Assembly: GCA_907165135.1 (NCBI GenBank)
Contig: OU015568.1
Location: 7,874,001 to 7,938,000 of the forward strand
Length of the DNA: 64,000 nucleotides
DNA from: Oikopleura dioica
Lineage: Eukaryota; Animalia; Chordata
Reading direction: 5' to 3'
The position numbers and the translations under genes were made by a program. The notes beneath the pieces are model-generated. The model was not told the origin of the DNA, made no database searches, and was given only the letters and a program-made list of their open reading frames with translations. This document shows, piece after piece, positions 36,801 to 50,131 of this stretch. Each line of letters starts with the position of its first letter. The stretch's first letter is position 1.

Positions 36801-36971
36801 ATGATCCGAAAAATTACGACTGACGGAATTAATTTTACGCAAAGACTCAAACTGTTTATTGTAGTGGCGAATTCCTGCTACTTTCAAGTCTCCTCCATTA
36901 CGCCAGAAACAGGGAAGAAAATGAACCAGAAGGATCATCTTCCTATAGACAATTATTATTTTCATCAGTGA
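30898..36971 (+). CDS. DEG/ENaC (ASIC-like) channel gene, many small exons; ends approximate
   Basis: Exons read by hand in family order: FLIQYTTHSSTY (~31610); VFPKITVCLN (~31975); QGYTIYYSHPDDNAFSPTNGILV (~33000); EKRTHLIGGQYSKC (~34900); FCNCAPKCEE (~35570); EQVEYDMTQFFS then DVGGAAGLLLGISLTSLF (TM2 with GxS filter, ~36230-36290). Confidence 0.8.
31202..31440. mobile_element. Fold-back MITE-like element (~95-bp arms with internal AAGCCGC...GCGGCTT palindromes)
   Basis: ggctcagcaatctgtgtggaaaaactgagtcagggtctgaaagacaag pairs with cttgtctttcagaccctgattcagttcttccacacaggttgctgagcc. Confidence 0.75.
33205..34771. mobile_element. Non-autonomous TIR element with many TTTTCGGCA...TGCCGAAAA sub-repeats, possible TA TSD, in an ENaC intron
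   Basis: TA|GTAGGGATTTCCTTTTCGGCA at left and TGCCGAAAAGGAAATCCTTAC|TA at right. Confidence 0.75.
33400..34089. mobile_element. 690-bp MITE nested in the preceding element, TTAA (or TA) target duplication
   Basis: TTAA|GGGATCACCCCCCGATTT ... AAATCGGGGGGGGATCCC|TTAA. Host sub-repeats resume on both sides. Confidence 0.8.
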
Positions 36972-37177
36972 ATACTGAAGTTCAGAGCACACTGTAATTG
37001 ATTGGACATGTAAATAATTTTTTTTAATTATTAAAAAAATTGTATAATTTTTTTAAAAAATTTTTAAAAAATTTTTTTAATTTAAAATATTTGATACAAA
37101 AAAAATTAGAAAAAATCGTGATAAAAGATTAATTGATGTTACTGTGATAATGACTGTATAAATTTTTTTTCACTAAC

Positions 37178-37294
37178 CTGTGGTTTTCGCTGTCTATTGA
37201 CTTGACGATAGGATCCAGTGGGCGAATTATTGTTGGAGAATCCAGAGTCACTATCTCCCCACAACCTTTTTTCATTCTCAATCACTTCCATCAT
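37178..37294 (-). CDS. Probable first coding exon of the PIM kinase (MMEVIENEKRLWGDSDSGFSNNNSPTGSYRQVNRQRKPQ)
   Basis: 117-bp open exon from ATG to a CAG|GTTAGT phase-0 donor. PIM exon 2 begins in phase 0 and has no Met before the kinase domain. Confidence 0.5.
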
Positions 37295-38827
37295 TTTTGT
37301 TCAAAAAAGGCGAAAGAATGTATCAAAATAAAAATGGGACGAAAACTTTGAAATCGAGCGATTGAGAGATGAAAAATATAAAGTCTAATCGGAGTTGAAA
37401 GAAAGCGTTACTTGGCGGTTTAGGGGAGTAGCACTTACCTTCGGGGTTGGTATAAAAATGCCCAGCAGAGGTTAATTCAGCCAGCGAAAGAAGTGAAAAA
37501 ACCTAAATGAACGGTGAGTTGGGTTCTAGTCTCGGAATTCGGTAGCGAAAGAAGCGGACTTTAAAAGTGTCACTTCAATGTCAAGGAGCGGCGATTTCCG
37601 CTGAAGTTTCGATTTTTCGAATTTGATGCTCAAAGATATTTGAATAATCAGTTTTGGACGAGCACACGTCTCCTCTAATCGACAAATGACAAGCGGGGAG
37701 CACCACTTTTCGAAAAAGTTAGACCGTTATTTTGCATAAAAACGAGACTCCTTCTTTTTGTCTTATTAGGGGAATTAGCGACACTTCGTAGATTTTCAAA
37801 GCTATCATCATTTTTTAGAAACGAATTTCAAGATTTTTGATGTTCAAAATTTTCAACCGGCAATTTGTCAAAAAATTAATGTTATCTTAATAATAGCAGC
37901 GTATTTTTCATCCACTAAATAGTTCAAATAGTCCTTGATTGACCCGAGAGCGCATTTTGATAAGCTAGAATTGAAAAATTCAAGAGCAACTAATCATTCT
38001 TAGTCCCACTTGAATCTCGTGCTCGGATTAAAAAAAACTTATTTGAGCCGATTTTTTTTTTATCAATTTCGGGCACAAGTTCTTAGAGCCCCAGGCTAGA
38101 GGAAAAAAGAATCCGGGGAGGGATCCGGTAGGGATATCCTTAAGGAAATTGTCCGTTAAAATGGGGATCCCTATTTTAGATCAAATTCTTTTATCTGTTT
38201 TACTTTTTGGATTTAAATCCGAGCCTTGCTTCAATCAAATTATGACAAAAAGTCTCAAAGTGAATATTTTAAAAGGGCGTCAAAAAGAATAAATGTTCGG
38301 CTAATCGGAGTGAACGTGATTTTCTTGTTGCTTGGCCGCCCGGTTATTACGCCATTAAACGGTTAATTTGGAAGTTGCTTAATCGTCGCTTTCAGAAAAT
38401 TTTTAAATGAAACGCTTTCAAACAAATCTCGGTTCGTTGTTTATCCTTGAAAACCGCGCCGTTGACCAACCAGTTTGAGAAGCTAATTTTTCCGGAAAAA
38501 GAATGACGAGATTAACGCTGGGCGTTAAATAAAGGAAACTCTTCAGGCGACGCTTTAGATCGAGTATGCAAAAAGAGATCCGGATAAGGTCGGAAAGCGA
38601 AAGAACCTGGGGGCCCTTAGACTAATCCGACAGATTGGAGTCTGGAGCTCTTATCGCGTTTTTTCTAAATAAATTAGAATATATTGAACTCGACAAAAAT
38701 CTAGACAAGAGTACTGCGATTGAATATCTATCTGTTTAGATTGATATGATTCAGTTCTCCTCGGAAAAATATAGAAGAAATAGTCACAAATTCAATAAAG
38801 CAGAAGAAAAAATCAAAAATAAAATAA

Positions 38828-40571
38828 GGGAGTTCCCCATTTTAACGAGCAAATACTTCTGGATCTCCATTTTAACGGACTTTATATTCCACCACCAGGT
38901 ACTCTTTTAACGGATTTTCCTAACAGCTAGAAAATCCATTAAAATTGCGACTCTTTTGACGAATATTAATGCTGCTAAAATCCTCCCAAAAGTATTTGCC
39001 CGTCAAAATAAGGACCCCTATATTGAATTGCAATAAATCAATAAATTTCCGAAATTTTTGGCTCGAGAAAATGAGTGTTCTGAAAATTAACTACTGTCTT
39101 AAAAGTTTTATAAATTCTTTTGAAAAAAAAAATAATCCGTCTGAAATGAAAGGAGCGGTCTATGTCTGGATTACATCAGAGTTAGTTTAGTTTTTTTTTG
39201 GTTGAGCCCAAAAGTTGCAAAGAGCCCCCGCAAAGCTGAGACGGTGACATCCCTTCTGGGCGTTCTATATTCGCAATTCTGCTTAGACAGCGCGTATGCA
39301 CGTTCTCGGAAACAGAATCAGAGGACATTTTTGTTTGGTCGATAATTACTGTTTTGGCTAAATAAAAATCTTTCAAAACCTCGAAAATATGGCTATTATT
39401 TAGCAGCTAAGTTATTCAAGTTATTATTTATTTAATATTCCAGTGAAGTAAACTTCGAATAGTTGGAAAAATTTAAGATTTTGAGAGCATTAAATTGAAT
39501 AATAAAAAATATTTTTTATCAAAAAATCTTTCTTAGCATAATTTTTGTGAAATTTAATGAGCAATAATTTCAAAAAAAAAAATTATTTTGACTTTGGGGC
39601 AATTTTTAATCAGAAATTTTAAATAGATTAAGACCAACCCAATTTTTATAATAATTTTTACAAAATTATTTCTTTGCAAAAACTAAAATTTTGACGATTT
39701 GCAGCAATTATCGAGGTCTTCTAATACAGAAGTTGAAGATCACGTGAGATTAGATAAGCCGGAAATGATTTCACTTTTAAAGAAAACTTCGACAATAAAA
39801 TATCTTGAAAATATTATTTTTAGCGTTAATTTGAGAAAAAAATGAGCAGCTCTTTTTTCTACAAACCACTTTGTCTGATACTCTCAAATGAAAACTCTTT
39901 GAAATGGCGGTCTCTATCAAAGTCTCTCTTACAGTGAAGTATCTTATAAACGTCTTTCTCCGAAAAAAAAGAAAGGAAGTTGCTTACCTAAATATAAAAT
40001 TGCAATGAGTCAAATTTCCGCGAGGAGGAAAAAAAGGAAAAATGCGCGGCGGGCGCGGATCCGCTCGAGGGCGCTCGCACTACAAAGATTTTCATGAACG
40101 CTCTTGAACGCCACGGCCCGACCAACGCGCTACCTCGAAGATGACCAAATTCTGATAATGCACGTTAAAACTTAAATTCGGTATTTAGACATTTTAGACC
40201 AACCAAAAATTAAAAAACGCCATTTATTTTCCCTTTTTCAATCAATAATTATCTTCCTTAGTCTGAAAAGATAAAAAGACTCAATTTAACTTCAAATACG
40301 TGCATTTTCAACGCGGCTAATATGCGGATATTTACGCCAAAATATATAAAAAAAAGCTACGGTTCAATCTCTTTCCTCCGGATAATCGAGTTTATTCCGT
40401 ATTTAATCGATAATAAGCATGTTTTAACAGATCTCTGTTTCCCTCATCTACAAATTTGGGCACCATTTTAACGGAAAATCGTCTTCTTTTAACTGATTTA
40501 GGACTCTTAGCTTTGTCCAAAAGTCCGTTAAAATGAAAACCTCTCGGTTATCCGTTAAAACAGGGACTCCC
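38828..40571. mobile_element. ~1.7-kb non-coding TIR element with subterminal TTTTAACGG repeats
   Basis: gggagttccccattttaacg at left and ccgttaaaacagggactccc at right. A related end occurs at ~38150-38172. TSD not clear. Confidence 0.55.
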
Positions 40572-41070
40572 AATTCTATTTCTTGCCGAAAAAATGTTGA
40601 ACAAAGAAATTCTTATTATAGATTTCCTAAGAGTAAGCGATGACTTGGTAAAAGAAAGCTCAAAAATATCTTTTTTGATAATCAATTTTAATTTAGCCAT
40701 TTTTAAATCATCTCTTGTTCTTTCCCAAAGTTGTCACATTAAACAAGTCCCGTTGGTTTTTCACTGCGGTTTCTACTGTGGTCAAAACTGGCTGATCGTG
40801 ATTTACGAATTCGCGCAATTCTATCGTCTCCAGCCGAGAGGTGATTTGCTCCAACGTGATAATTTCTGAAGCCGAGAACTCGAGAAACTCGTAATCGCCC
40901 AAACACTTAAAAATTATGCAAGGCGAATTCGAGTCTCTGGACTCAGTAAGTTTATTCTGGCTAAGTAATTTAAATAAACTCCCGTTTTTAGCGTCGTTTA
41001 TTTGACATTTTGATAGCCTGAAAACGCAGAAAGTTTTCTAATTGGTGTAAATTTATTTCTTATCAAGTTA

Positions 41071-44000
41071 TCAGTTGTCGAGGTACTCGTCTTCGTCCAG
41101 CGAAAATGTAGGCATCCGATTATAGTTGAGTCGTTTCAGTGCGAATTTCGTCGCAAGATAAAGTGCCACAGCGATTGTAGCTGTTATAAATACTGTCAGA
41201 AGTGCCACGCCGCCAGTAGAACATTCGTCCGTAGATTCTAGATAGAAAGTTTGCTAAGCCAAATTATTAAAATTTCCTGTTCGCTTTTTGATTTCGAGAA
41301 TCCTTCCCTTTTTCCTTTTTAGTTTAAAAAAAAAGGTTTTCTTCGTTTTTTATCACTGATTGCACTGCACTTGATCTTGTCTACCTTTCTACACTATTTT
41401 TCAAGAAATAATAAAGAGATACCATGGGAAATGCAGCTGAAAAAGGATTTTCAAACGGAAATGTTCGCAATTTTTTGTCTAATTTTTAATGATTACTATT
41501 GAGCATAATTATTAACTAATAACATTTGATTCGATAAACATGTGTAACATTCAAAGAAAACCCAGAAGTGGATCGAATCCTTGGGGATCTCAAGAAAAAC
41601 GAACGAGAAGTTCTCGCTGCGAAAAAGAACGCAGCTAAAGCTCAGCAAAAAGTCAAAATGCTCCAGAATAAGCGCTGGGACTTGGAAATCGCGTTGAAAG
41701 ACGCCTATAAAAAGGCTCTCGGAAAAGGTAAATGTCAACAACATGTGATAACTTTTATCAGTACTTTTATCAGTAATTGAAAGTAAAAATAATTTTTAGA
41801 CAAACGACCTGTGTGCCTAAGACCCAACGAGCTCGATGCCGCAGCTTCCAAAATCGAAATCACTGAAGACTCTTCACTTGAAGTACAATTCAGTGAAGAG
41901 TACCCCCTTTAGCCAAATTTTGACTGAAACCTCCTTTTCTCCGAGAAATCGTTGAGAATAAAATTGAAAAAACTTGCTGGTCATTTCTCTCAATAATTTA
42001 TTAGAAAATCGGAAGAAGCTTATTGTAAATTCCCAATTTCGCTTCTAAATTATTGCTCTAGTAGACCTACCTTCGTTCTCGTGGCAAGTCCGTTGAGCCA
42101 GGTCGCGTGGATCATCGCAGCTAAGCTCGACTCTCAAAGGGCTCAGGCCACGGCAGCAACCGGTTTATTATGCGAATTTATTGAAGCTCCACGCTGATAA
42201 GCAAAGTTAACAAGTGGGCTTGAGCTTCTTGAGCTACAGCTTGATCTGATAAACTTTTTCGATGAACGCGGATAACCTGGCTGCCTCTTTTTAGGCTTCA
42301 TAAGATATCAAGAACTCCTCTTGGTATTTCAACCATTAAACTAGAATTAAAGGTGTCAACATCGATTTCGTCAGGAAACAAGGGGCATTTAGTTTCTGAA
42401 GAATTAGATAATTTCCTCCAGAAAGTATCAATTTTCGATAAAAAGTTCACTTAATAAGTGGCAAATTTTGATTAACTACTACCATGGAGTTGAGCTCTAA
42501 AGGGAGATTGGAGAATCTGAGCGACGCTGGCCCTGAGCGTCGCTCGATCTGGAGCGCGCGCAATTTCGCGGCAAGAGCACCTAGTCATTGCAAAAACCCT
42601 TGTCGGCTCTCTGATTGGCCGAAACATCAGAAAATCTCGAGATTCACATCTTCAGAATCTCGAGATTCTCCTCAAGCGCAAACCAGGCGCTAAGGAAAAT
42701 TTCTAGACTTCCCCGAGAGTGATCTGCGCGGGAAACGGGGAAGCGGATCGGAGGCCTTCTCCCTAAAGCGTTCAACTCCATGGTAGCTAAGTTTGGCTCA
42801 TTTTCGCTTGAAATTTTAAACGTGAAGGTCTAAGACTCTAATAGCTGATATTGATGTTTGAGCAGTCGAATCCTGGTGTAAACAAGGGCATTGTTGATTT
42901 CATCCCTTGTCGAGCATAGGTCACAGTCGAGAGGGTTGTTCAGCAGCGCTAGAATTTGAGAATCAGTTCAACGAATTTTTATTCAACTAAATTTCATGTT
43001 CGCAGAAGAACACAAAAAATGGGCAAGTAAGGGTAAGTTTTGTTTATTGTTAAAACAAGAAGCTAGAGACCTAATCGCGGAGCTAAGTTTTCGTGAGGTT
43101 TGCTTGAAGATATGTTTATTCTTAGAAAAATTTCTAGCTCCGAAATAATTTTTCCAGATGGCCTCAAGTAGTTTCTATCTGATAAGGCTGTTATGCACAT
43201 TTTGAAGGCGCAGGTAAACTGAAAAATCACCTGGCAGATCAGCTGCTCTCTTTTATAAAAGCAGAGTACAATCGCTTTGAGAATTATACAGTATAAAACT
43301 TTGAAATGACAAACTAAAGTGTCTATCTTTTGTAGCCATTCATCTGATTTTTTTTTCCCAAATATAAAAAATGCCCTCTATATTTGTATTGAACTGTGTG
43401 TTCTTGTGTGTTTTTTAAATTAAAGTTGTAACAACTTCGGTGGAAATGAGACGCAAATTTGTACTCACCCAAAACTGTATCTGGAAAAGCGGACGACACG
43501 TTGAACGGGAGCGAGGCGATTTTGTTATTCGACAAGTCTGTGTAAAGATAGCCAACTCATAATCAATGTATTTCTTGAGCATTGCCGCTAGTATCGTGTT
43601 TTGGAGTAAATACGGGTTGCTTTAGAAAATATTGCTATCCTGGACGAAATAGGTCAAAGGGAGATTGAAGGTGGCCGGTATTACGGGAAGGGATGAGATG
43701 GAGTTGCCGAGGAGTCGGAGGGTTTGGAGATTTTCTGAAAGAATTCTAGGGCAGAATCGACGATGAATGGTTACCTAGCTGAGAGAAGGCGGACCACGAA
43801 AGATACCGGAGGTGGTTAAAGCTTGATAAGGAGGTAAACGATTCATTCACGTTCGCGATAAACAACAGTAGATGTCAACAAAATATCACTTTACTGCTGA
43901 TGACGAGGAGACCGTCTTCTAATGTTTGTCTAGCAGGTATCTAGTAATGTCATAGATCTTAGAGGAGTTTGTTCAATTTCAGGAACGCGTCGGTCCGATT

Positions 44001-45412
44001 ACGCGCGTCTGGTGTTGAATTCAACACTCCACAGCCAGCGAGAAGGATAAGCTCCAATTGAGCTCTAGTTTGACTTTTTCGCCGCTTAGGCCTTTTTTAT
44101 GATTTCGGAAAAATGTCGAAATATTTCAGATTGAATTTAAAATTTTCGGTTTTCATATTCTTTGTTTTAAAAAGAACGTGAGAACAGTGTTCAAGCGTAA
44201 TATGGAATCTCTGTGATCGGATCCTGTGGGCTTTGTGGCGGTGTGCCCGAAGGATCGAGCCGGATAAGCGGCTTCATGCGGCTGCCCGGAACATGAACGT
44301 GAACCGCGCTGATATCAAAGAACTCGCTCGGATAATTTCGGATCCAATTATGCCGCCCCTTCCCTGAGGTCTACTGATGCAAGAGAGGCGGGTAAGCAGG
44401 GAACTTCTTCGAGTCCGAGGAATTGAAGACTCAACTGGAAAATGATTAAAATAATAGAATAAATAATACAAAAAATTCAAAAAATGATCTTACCTCTTCC
44501 AGGCTCGTCATGTTATCAAAGAAATCGTCTTCGAACTCAACTCTGCCGCATTGCTTGATATCTAATTCTTCAAGAATCGTAGCAATACTGTAGCTAGGTT
44601 CAAAAACGTGAAACGCTTTCTATCCCGAGTGTCAAGCAAGCACGAAATTGCTGCTTTCAAGTGCTTAATTTTCAACCTCGCCTATTGACGTCGCTTCTGT
44701 TCAAACTCTGCCCGTTTTCAGCCTGTAACTCTGCTAGAAAAAAGTGCTCAAAACAGAGTTAGGTCTCTAATTCACCAAAAAACGTTTGAGGCAATTTTCC
44801 TTTATTATTGCAGTTGACTTGCAACTTCAAAGATTCAGAGGCGCAGTCCTCGAGCGAACGGAAGAGCTCCCCAAGAGCGAAAATATTTTCATTGTCAAGA
44901 TCAAAAACCACTGAGCTGGCCAATAATCGGCCTCTTGAAAATGACTCAAGTGACGTTTGCCAGTAATGGATTCTCACTTTACAAGGATCTTTTAACCCCT
45001 TCGCCAGGGGTGGATATTTTGATTTCAACTCCTCATTTCAACACCAATTTGGCCATCCTGATTGGTCGAGAGCGGGAATTTCAGGGTTTGAAATGAGGTT
45101 TGAAATCAAAATATCCACCCCTGCCCTTCGCTCCATTTTCAGTCTCACAGCCAGGCTAGAATCTGCCAGATGCCACCTGCGAATTATTAGATCCAGTCCT
45201 GTATCACAATTTTCGCTTTCAATTTTCTCCAAGCTGTCAAAATGAAGCTCCGTTAAACATGTTGAGTTAGAAATAAAATAATCGCAAATATCTTCTTCGA
45301 AAATCACATTTCTATCTGTATTCTCTATCTCTTTGCATTCAATATATTTTTCATATCTTTGGCATTTATCTGCACTAACAAAAATGTTAAATAATAACAA
45401 TAATTTTTTCAT
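41071..45412 (-). CDS. Leucine-rich-repeat type I transmembrane protein with short cytoplasmic tail
   Basis: Signal peptide MKKLLLLFNIFVSA; LRR exons LEELDISKCGRVEFEDDFFDNMTSLEE, LQTLRLLGNSISSLP, DLSNNKIASLP; final exon TM GGVALLTVFITATIAVALYLA, then KRLNYNRMPTFSLDEDEYLDN*. Confidence 0.7.
41424..41912 (+). CDS. Small coiled-coil protein gene nested antisense in the last LRR-gene intron
   Basis: Three exons: MGNAAEK(E)NPEVDRILGDLKKNEREVLAAKKNAAKAQQKVKMLQNKRWDLEIALKDAYKKALGKDKRPVCLRP...EEYPF*. Intron 2 is canonical; intron 1 needs a GA donor. Confidence 0.5.
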
Positions 45413-45835
45413 GGGGTTTATTCAACTTTTGTGATAATTGAGAGAAAGGGAAAATTTGGTTTACGCACACAGGAGCCAAATATTGACCAAATTACACATT
45501 GAAATCAACGAGGAAAGCAGCATTTTTTCATGATATGGAATTAATGAATTCTGACTGGATGTACAGAACAGTTTGACTTTCAGCATCCAATATTTATGAA
45601 CAAATAAGGAACCCTATATAATCATACGGATAAGGGGTCACTGAAGAACTCCTTACTGTTAACTTTCGATGAATGATGACACCCACTGTTGCCAGAGTAA
45701 TACAGTAATGGAAAATCAATTAGTCGCTCTATGTAGCGTAAAAGTATCACCATTGATTCGTTGCCCATCCTGCATCTTATGATTTAGTAATGGCCCACTC
45801 AACTATATTATAAAAACTAGGTTAGGGAAATCAGA

Positions 45836-48800
45836 ATGCGGAGTATGACGAGTTTACTTTTACTGCTGCAGGTGATTCTTGCTTCTCAGTCCATTATTAT
45901 TTCGAATTCTGACTCCTGCTCAATACCTGTCAATGGAACCTGTCAAGGCGGCTTCGCTCTGGGCACGCTGAGAGATAGAGAGCGACTAACTTGCCAGCGG
46001 CGAGCGGACACACAGTCAGAGAAAGAGGCCGATTGCGCGGCAAAGTGTAAAGTTCGTTGTGATGAGATGAACTGCCAACTTAGCGGCTGGTCTGACTGGT
46101 CTCCTTGCTCAAGAAAATGTTACTATATTTACTTTATTTTCAAGGATTTTATTTAGTAACATTTTATAGAACTTGTCTCCCTTCTTCGAAATATCGAACA
46201 AGAGAAATCCGAAAATATGATCCTCCTTGCGACTTTGTCGATTTATTCGAATCGAAAGAATGTCAAGATATGGCAGACTGTGGTGAAATACGAGAAGAAG
46301 TAAAGAATTCCGACTGGAGTCCGTGTCTAGGTGAATCAGGTGCTACTGGGCTACAGAATCTGACTCTGTCGAGCGTGAGAGGGTCGATCGTTGTCAGTAG
46401 ATCTTGCTCGACGTCATCGCAGTGTGAGGTTTCGCAGTGGTCGGAATGGAGTTCTTGTCAGTGGTCCAAGATTGGGATTAAATTTTTCAAGGTCGAAGTA
46501 TGACTTGACATGAATTAATTAGTGTTTCAATCCTGAGAGAAGTTTCTCGACCCTCTTCAAGTTCGAAAACGCTACCCAACGAGTTGGATCGATCAGGAAA
46601 GCCATTTTATATTTATTCATATATTCATAATTTCAAATCAATTTGAAACAATCAATTATGCAACTTCAGTCTTTTTAAAATGGCCAAAATAGAATATTGC
46701 ATCTTGTCCTTCATTTGAAGAGCAGAAGATTTGTTCGAATGAAGATATCCCGTCTTGGAAAACGGGATTATGGACAAATTGCGTAGCGAAAAATCAAACT
46801 TGTGGGGATGGCTTTAAGTTTCGCAACGTCTGGTGCGGCGTTAACTCGAGTTCTGAGTTAACAATCTTGCCTGATGATAAATGTGAATCTTCAATTCCAC
46901 TTTCACGAGTTTCTTGTTCCATTCCATGCCAAACTGAGTGTATTTATGCAAGCTGGTCAGCCTGGTCAACTTGCTCACAATCCTGCCTTGACCCTTCAAA
47001 AGGAAGCACTGCGCCAGTACAAACTCGCTCTAGGGTGCTTCTGAACAAGGAAGACTCACTGACTTGCAATCAAAATGAGTACTATCGCTCATGCTTTCCG
47101 CCACTTTGCTCACTTCTCTCAGAAACGTCCCTTGAACCCGTAGAAAACGACTGTATATACTCAGATTGGAGCTCCTGGACACGCTGTCCGACATCTTGCG
47201 AAGAGAGTGGTCTTCAGAACCTCGGGGAAAACATACGGAGCCGAACAAGATCTGTTCTAGGTCAAGGTTCTAACAAAACATGTGTCGAGCAGACTCAAAA
47301 TCTAAAGAGTTGTCCAGCACCAAGTTGCACAACATTTTCCTGGAAGACTCAAGAATGGTCGTCCTGCCGAAGAATACATCGAGACCCACTTGTTGATGAT
47401 CCAGATGGCATTTGTTACAAAGGAACCAAAACACGAGCCATTTCCTGCCTGAACTCTCGTGGAGAGTCTTCATATCAATGTCCAGAAGATAGAAAGCCGG
47501 CAGAATCAATGTCCTGTACTATCAGTTGCAGACAATCGGCAGAGTTGAGCGATTGGTCAAGCTGGTCAGATTGCAATTGCATCAAAAATCAACAAGGTTC
47601 GAAAACAAGGAGGAGGAGAATTACAAAGCAAGCCAGTGAGCCGAAAATTGCGGATTACAATCAGACACTCTACGAGGAAACCTTTTGCAACTGCACTAGA
47701 CCAACTTTAAAGATCGGCCCTTGGAGTAAGTGTTTGATAATAAGTGGCGGAAACCCTACAAATGTCTGCAAAGGGATTCAGTATAGAAGCATTAACTGTA
47801 TCGAGTCCGAACTCGGACAAGAAGTTTCCCTCTTCAAGTGTATTGGTGAAAATACGACAGTTCTCCCATCGAGAATGCAAGAATGTCTTGGTCTCTGTGA
47901 AGCAAACGAACAAGCTAGTCGCTTTTACAAGTTGAATAATCTTGTCCAAAAGAACAACATTGAAATAACGATTCCGACTCAAGGACCACCAGTTACCTCA
48001 ACCATCACAAAAGATATCAGTGGTTATAGTGACTGTTTTCCGATTGCTGGAAATTGTGGCGAAGGAAGAAGGAAAGGTTTAAATGATCGATTTGAAATTA
48101 TATTAAACAAAGCTTGAACCAAGATCAAGACAAATTGCTCGAGGATGCTTCAGACTCGACGGAAGACCTCTTCTACGAACTGACTGTAATCTGAACTCAT
48201 ACATTCTATCTACACCGTGCACGATTCCATGTGAGGATCCACTAAACCCAGATCTGGAAGTTTGGTCTGAGTGGACTCCCTGCTCGAATTCTTGTGGATT
48301 TGGAGTTCGCAGCCGGACTAAACCATCAAGTAAATCTGTTTTATAAGTGAGCGTCTAAATATATCTTTAGCAAAAATGAAAACAGAGGCTTGCTGGACAA
48401 ATTGTTTTCGATTTCGTTGGACAACGGGTCCATGGTCAAGTTGTGAGCTGAAAGATAAAGCTATTTGCGGCACCGGTCTTCAGAGCCGCAAAGTCAACTG
48501 TTTTATGGAAGATAACGGAATCGATAAGAAAGTACAGAACCTTTATTGCAAAGAACTAAGGCGACCTTTGCAGGAAACGCTATCTTTATTAATAATTTAA
48601 GTTCTTGAACGAGTCAATCATACGTCAAATGAAATAATTGAATCAATCTTGTCAGACAGAAAATTCAATCGCTTCGCATAATGGAATTACTAATCGAATC
48701 TGAATTACAAAGCGTTAAAAAGGAACAGCAATGCAGCATCTCATGCCCTGGAGATTGTGTCGTTTCAGAATGGACAGCGTGGACACGCTGTGATTCTAGG

Positions 48801-50041
48801 TTTAGGTTCTGAAATCTTTTTGCTGATAAACGGAAAATATTTTGGGAACCTCTAAAATTGAGCTGCTCTGACTCAATCAGAAACCGTTCGCGCTCAATTC
48901 TGAGGCAGTCTTCCGTTTCAACTTGTGCCTTTGATCTAATGGAGACGGAGAGCTGCGTCGCTGGAATCAACTGCAATCAACTAAAGACAGTGTGGACAGA
49001 ATGGACTTCATGCACGTCTCAGAATGGGTGTAACAATGATGGATACAAATTTCGCTTCATGAATTGTTACAAGAACAATCAGCTGGTGGATCCCTACGAA
49101 TGTTCAAGCTCGGGAGAAGAGCTAGTCGAAAGACAAACCTGTCGCTTTGAATGTGATGTCGACTGTATAATCAGCGACTGGGGAGAATGGAGCCCCTGTC
49201 CACCTATGCCAACTTGTGGAGTTTTACAGGAAAGAGCCAAACCTCTACCATCAAATGTAACTTTTGTCATTTGACTCTAAAAAGTCAAAAAGGTCACGGA
49301 AGATCATTCAAAAATCCTCGGGATATGGAAAGGCATGTCCTAATAACTCACAACAGTCGAAACCGTGTGGTTATCGACCCTGTGTCGAGTGGATTCCTGC
49401 CGATTGGTATGCTTGTATCCCGTATTTTGGAACTTGTGGGGCTGGAGAACAGAAGCGAAGATTTAGCTGCGAGAAAAATGGACAGTTGATTCAACGAGAG
49501 CTCTGCAATCAAGTCTTCGGAACCATCGAAGATATTTTTCCGAGATCGGAGCGTGTTCAATCGTGTAATCTTTTATGCAAGAATGAAGACCTGAAAATCC
49601 CGTGGACAAGCTGGAGCGACTGTGAAAAATCATGTGGCGCTAACAAGTCTGATTTGAGAATAAGGACGCGGATAGAGACGAACATGTTAACGATGGACTA
49701 CAAGAAAATAACAGAATTCGACAATTGCACTTCTTACTGTACGTATGAAAGATCTGCAGATTCAACTTCAGCGGAAAACTTTCGCGAAGAAACTTCGGCA
49801 GCACAAGAGATGGAGACAACCAAGATCGCAAAAGTTGCACAGGAAGAATCAGCCGCCGTCAGGGTTATTCTGTGGGTTTTTCTAATTTCAGGAAACGTTC
49901 AACCTTCGATAATTAATCAAATTAAAAATACGATGATAACATTGAAAAGCAATATCTGTCACTGTCGCCTCGTCGATCGCGATATTCATGATCAATTGTT
50001 ACTACAGAAGACTCGATAGTCATCAATCCCTGCCAAGCTGA
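45836..50041 (+). CDS. THSD7: Thrombospondin type-1 repeat transmembrane protein (THSD7A/B-like)
   Basis: Signal peptide and many TSR repeats (WSDWSPCS, WSAWSTCSQSC, WTTGPWSSC..CGTGLQSRKVNC). C-terminal TM ISVTVASSIAIFMINCYYRR. Confidence 0.8.
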
Positions 50042-50131
50042 TATTTAAACTTTACTGCATTTTGAACATTCTGAATAAAGTATTTATCTATTCATAATAA
50101 TTTATTAATAATCCAGCCAAGTTAGAGCAGA

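Noticed and set aside
40708-40902. Minus-strand 64-aa ORF downstream of the LRR gene as a TIR or other cytoplasmic domain
   Set aside because: The LRR frame stops at 41071, and the peptide lacks TIR motifs.
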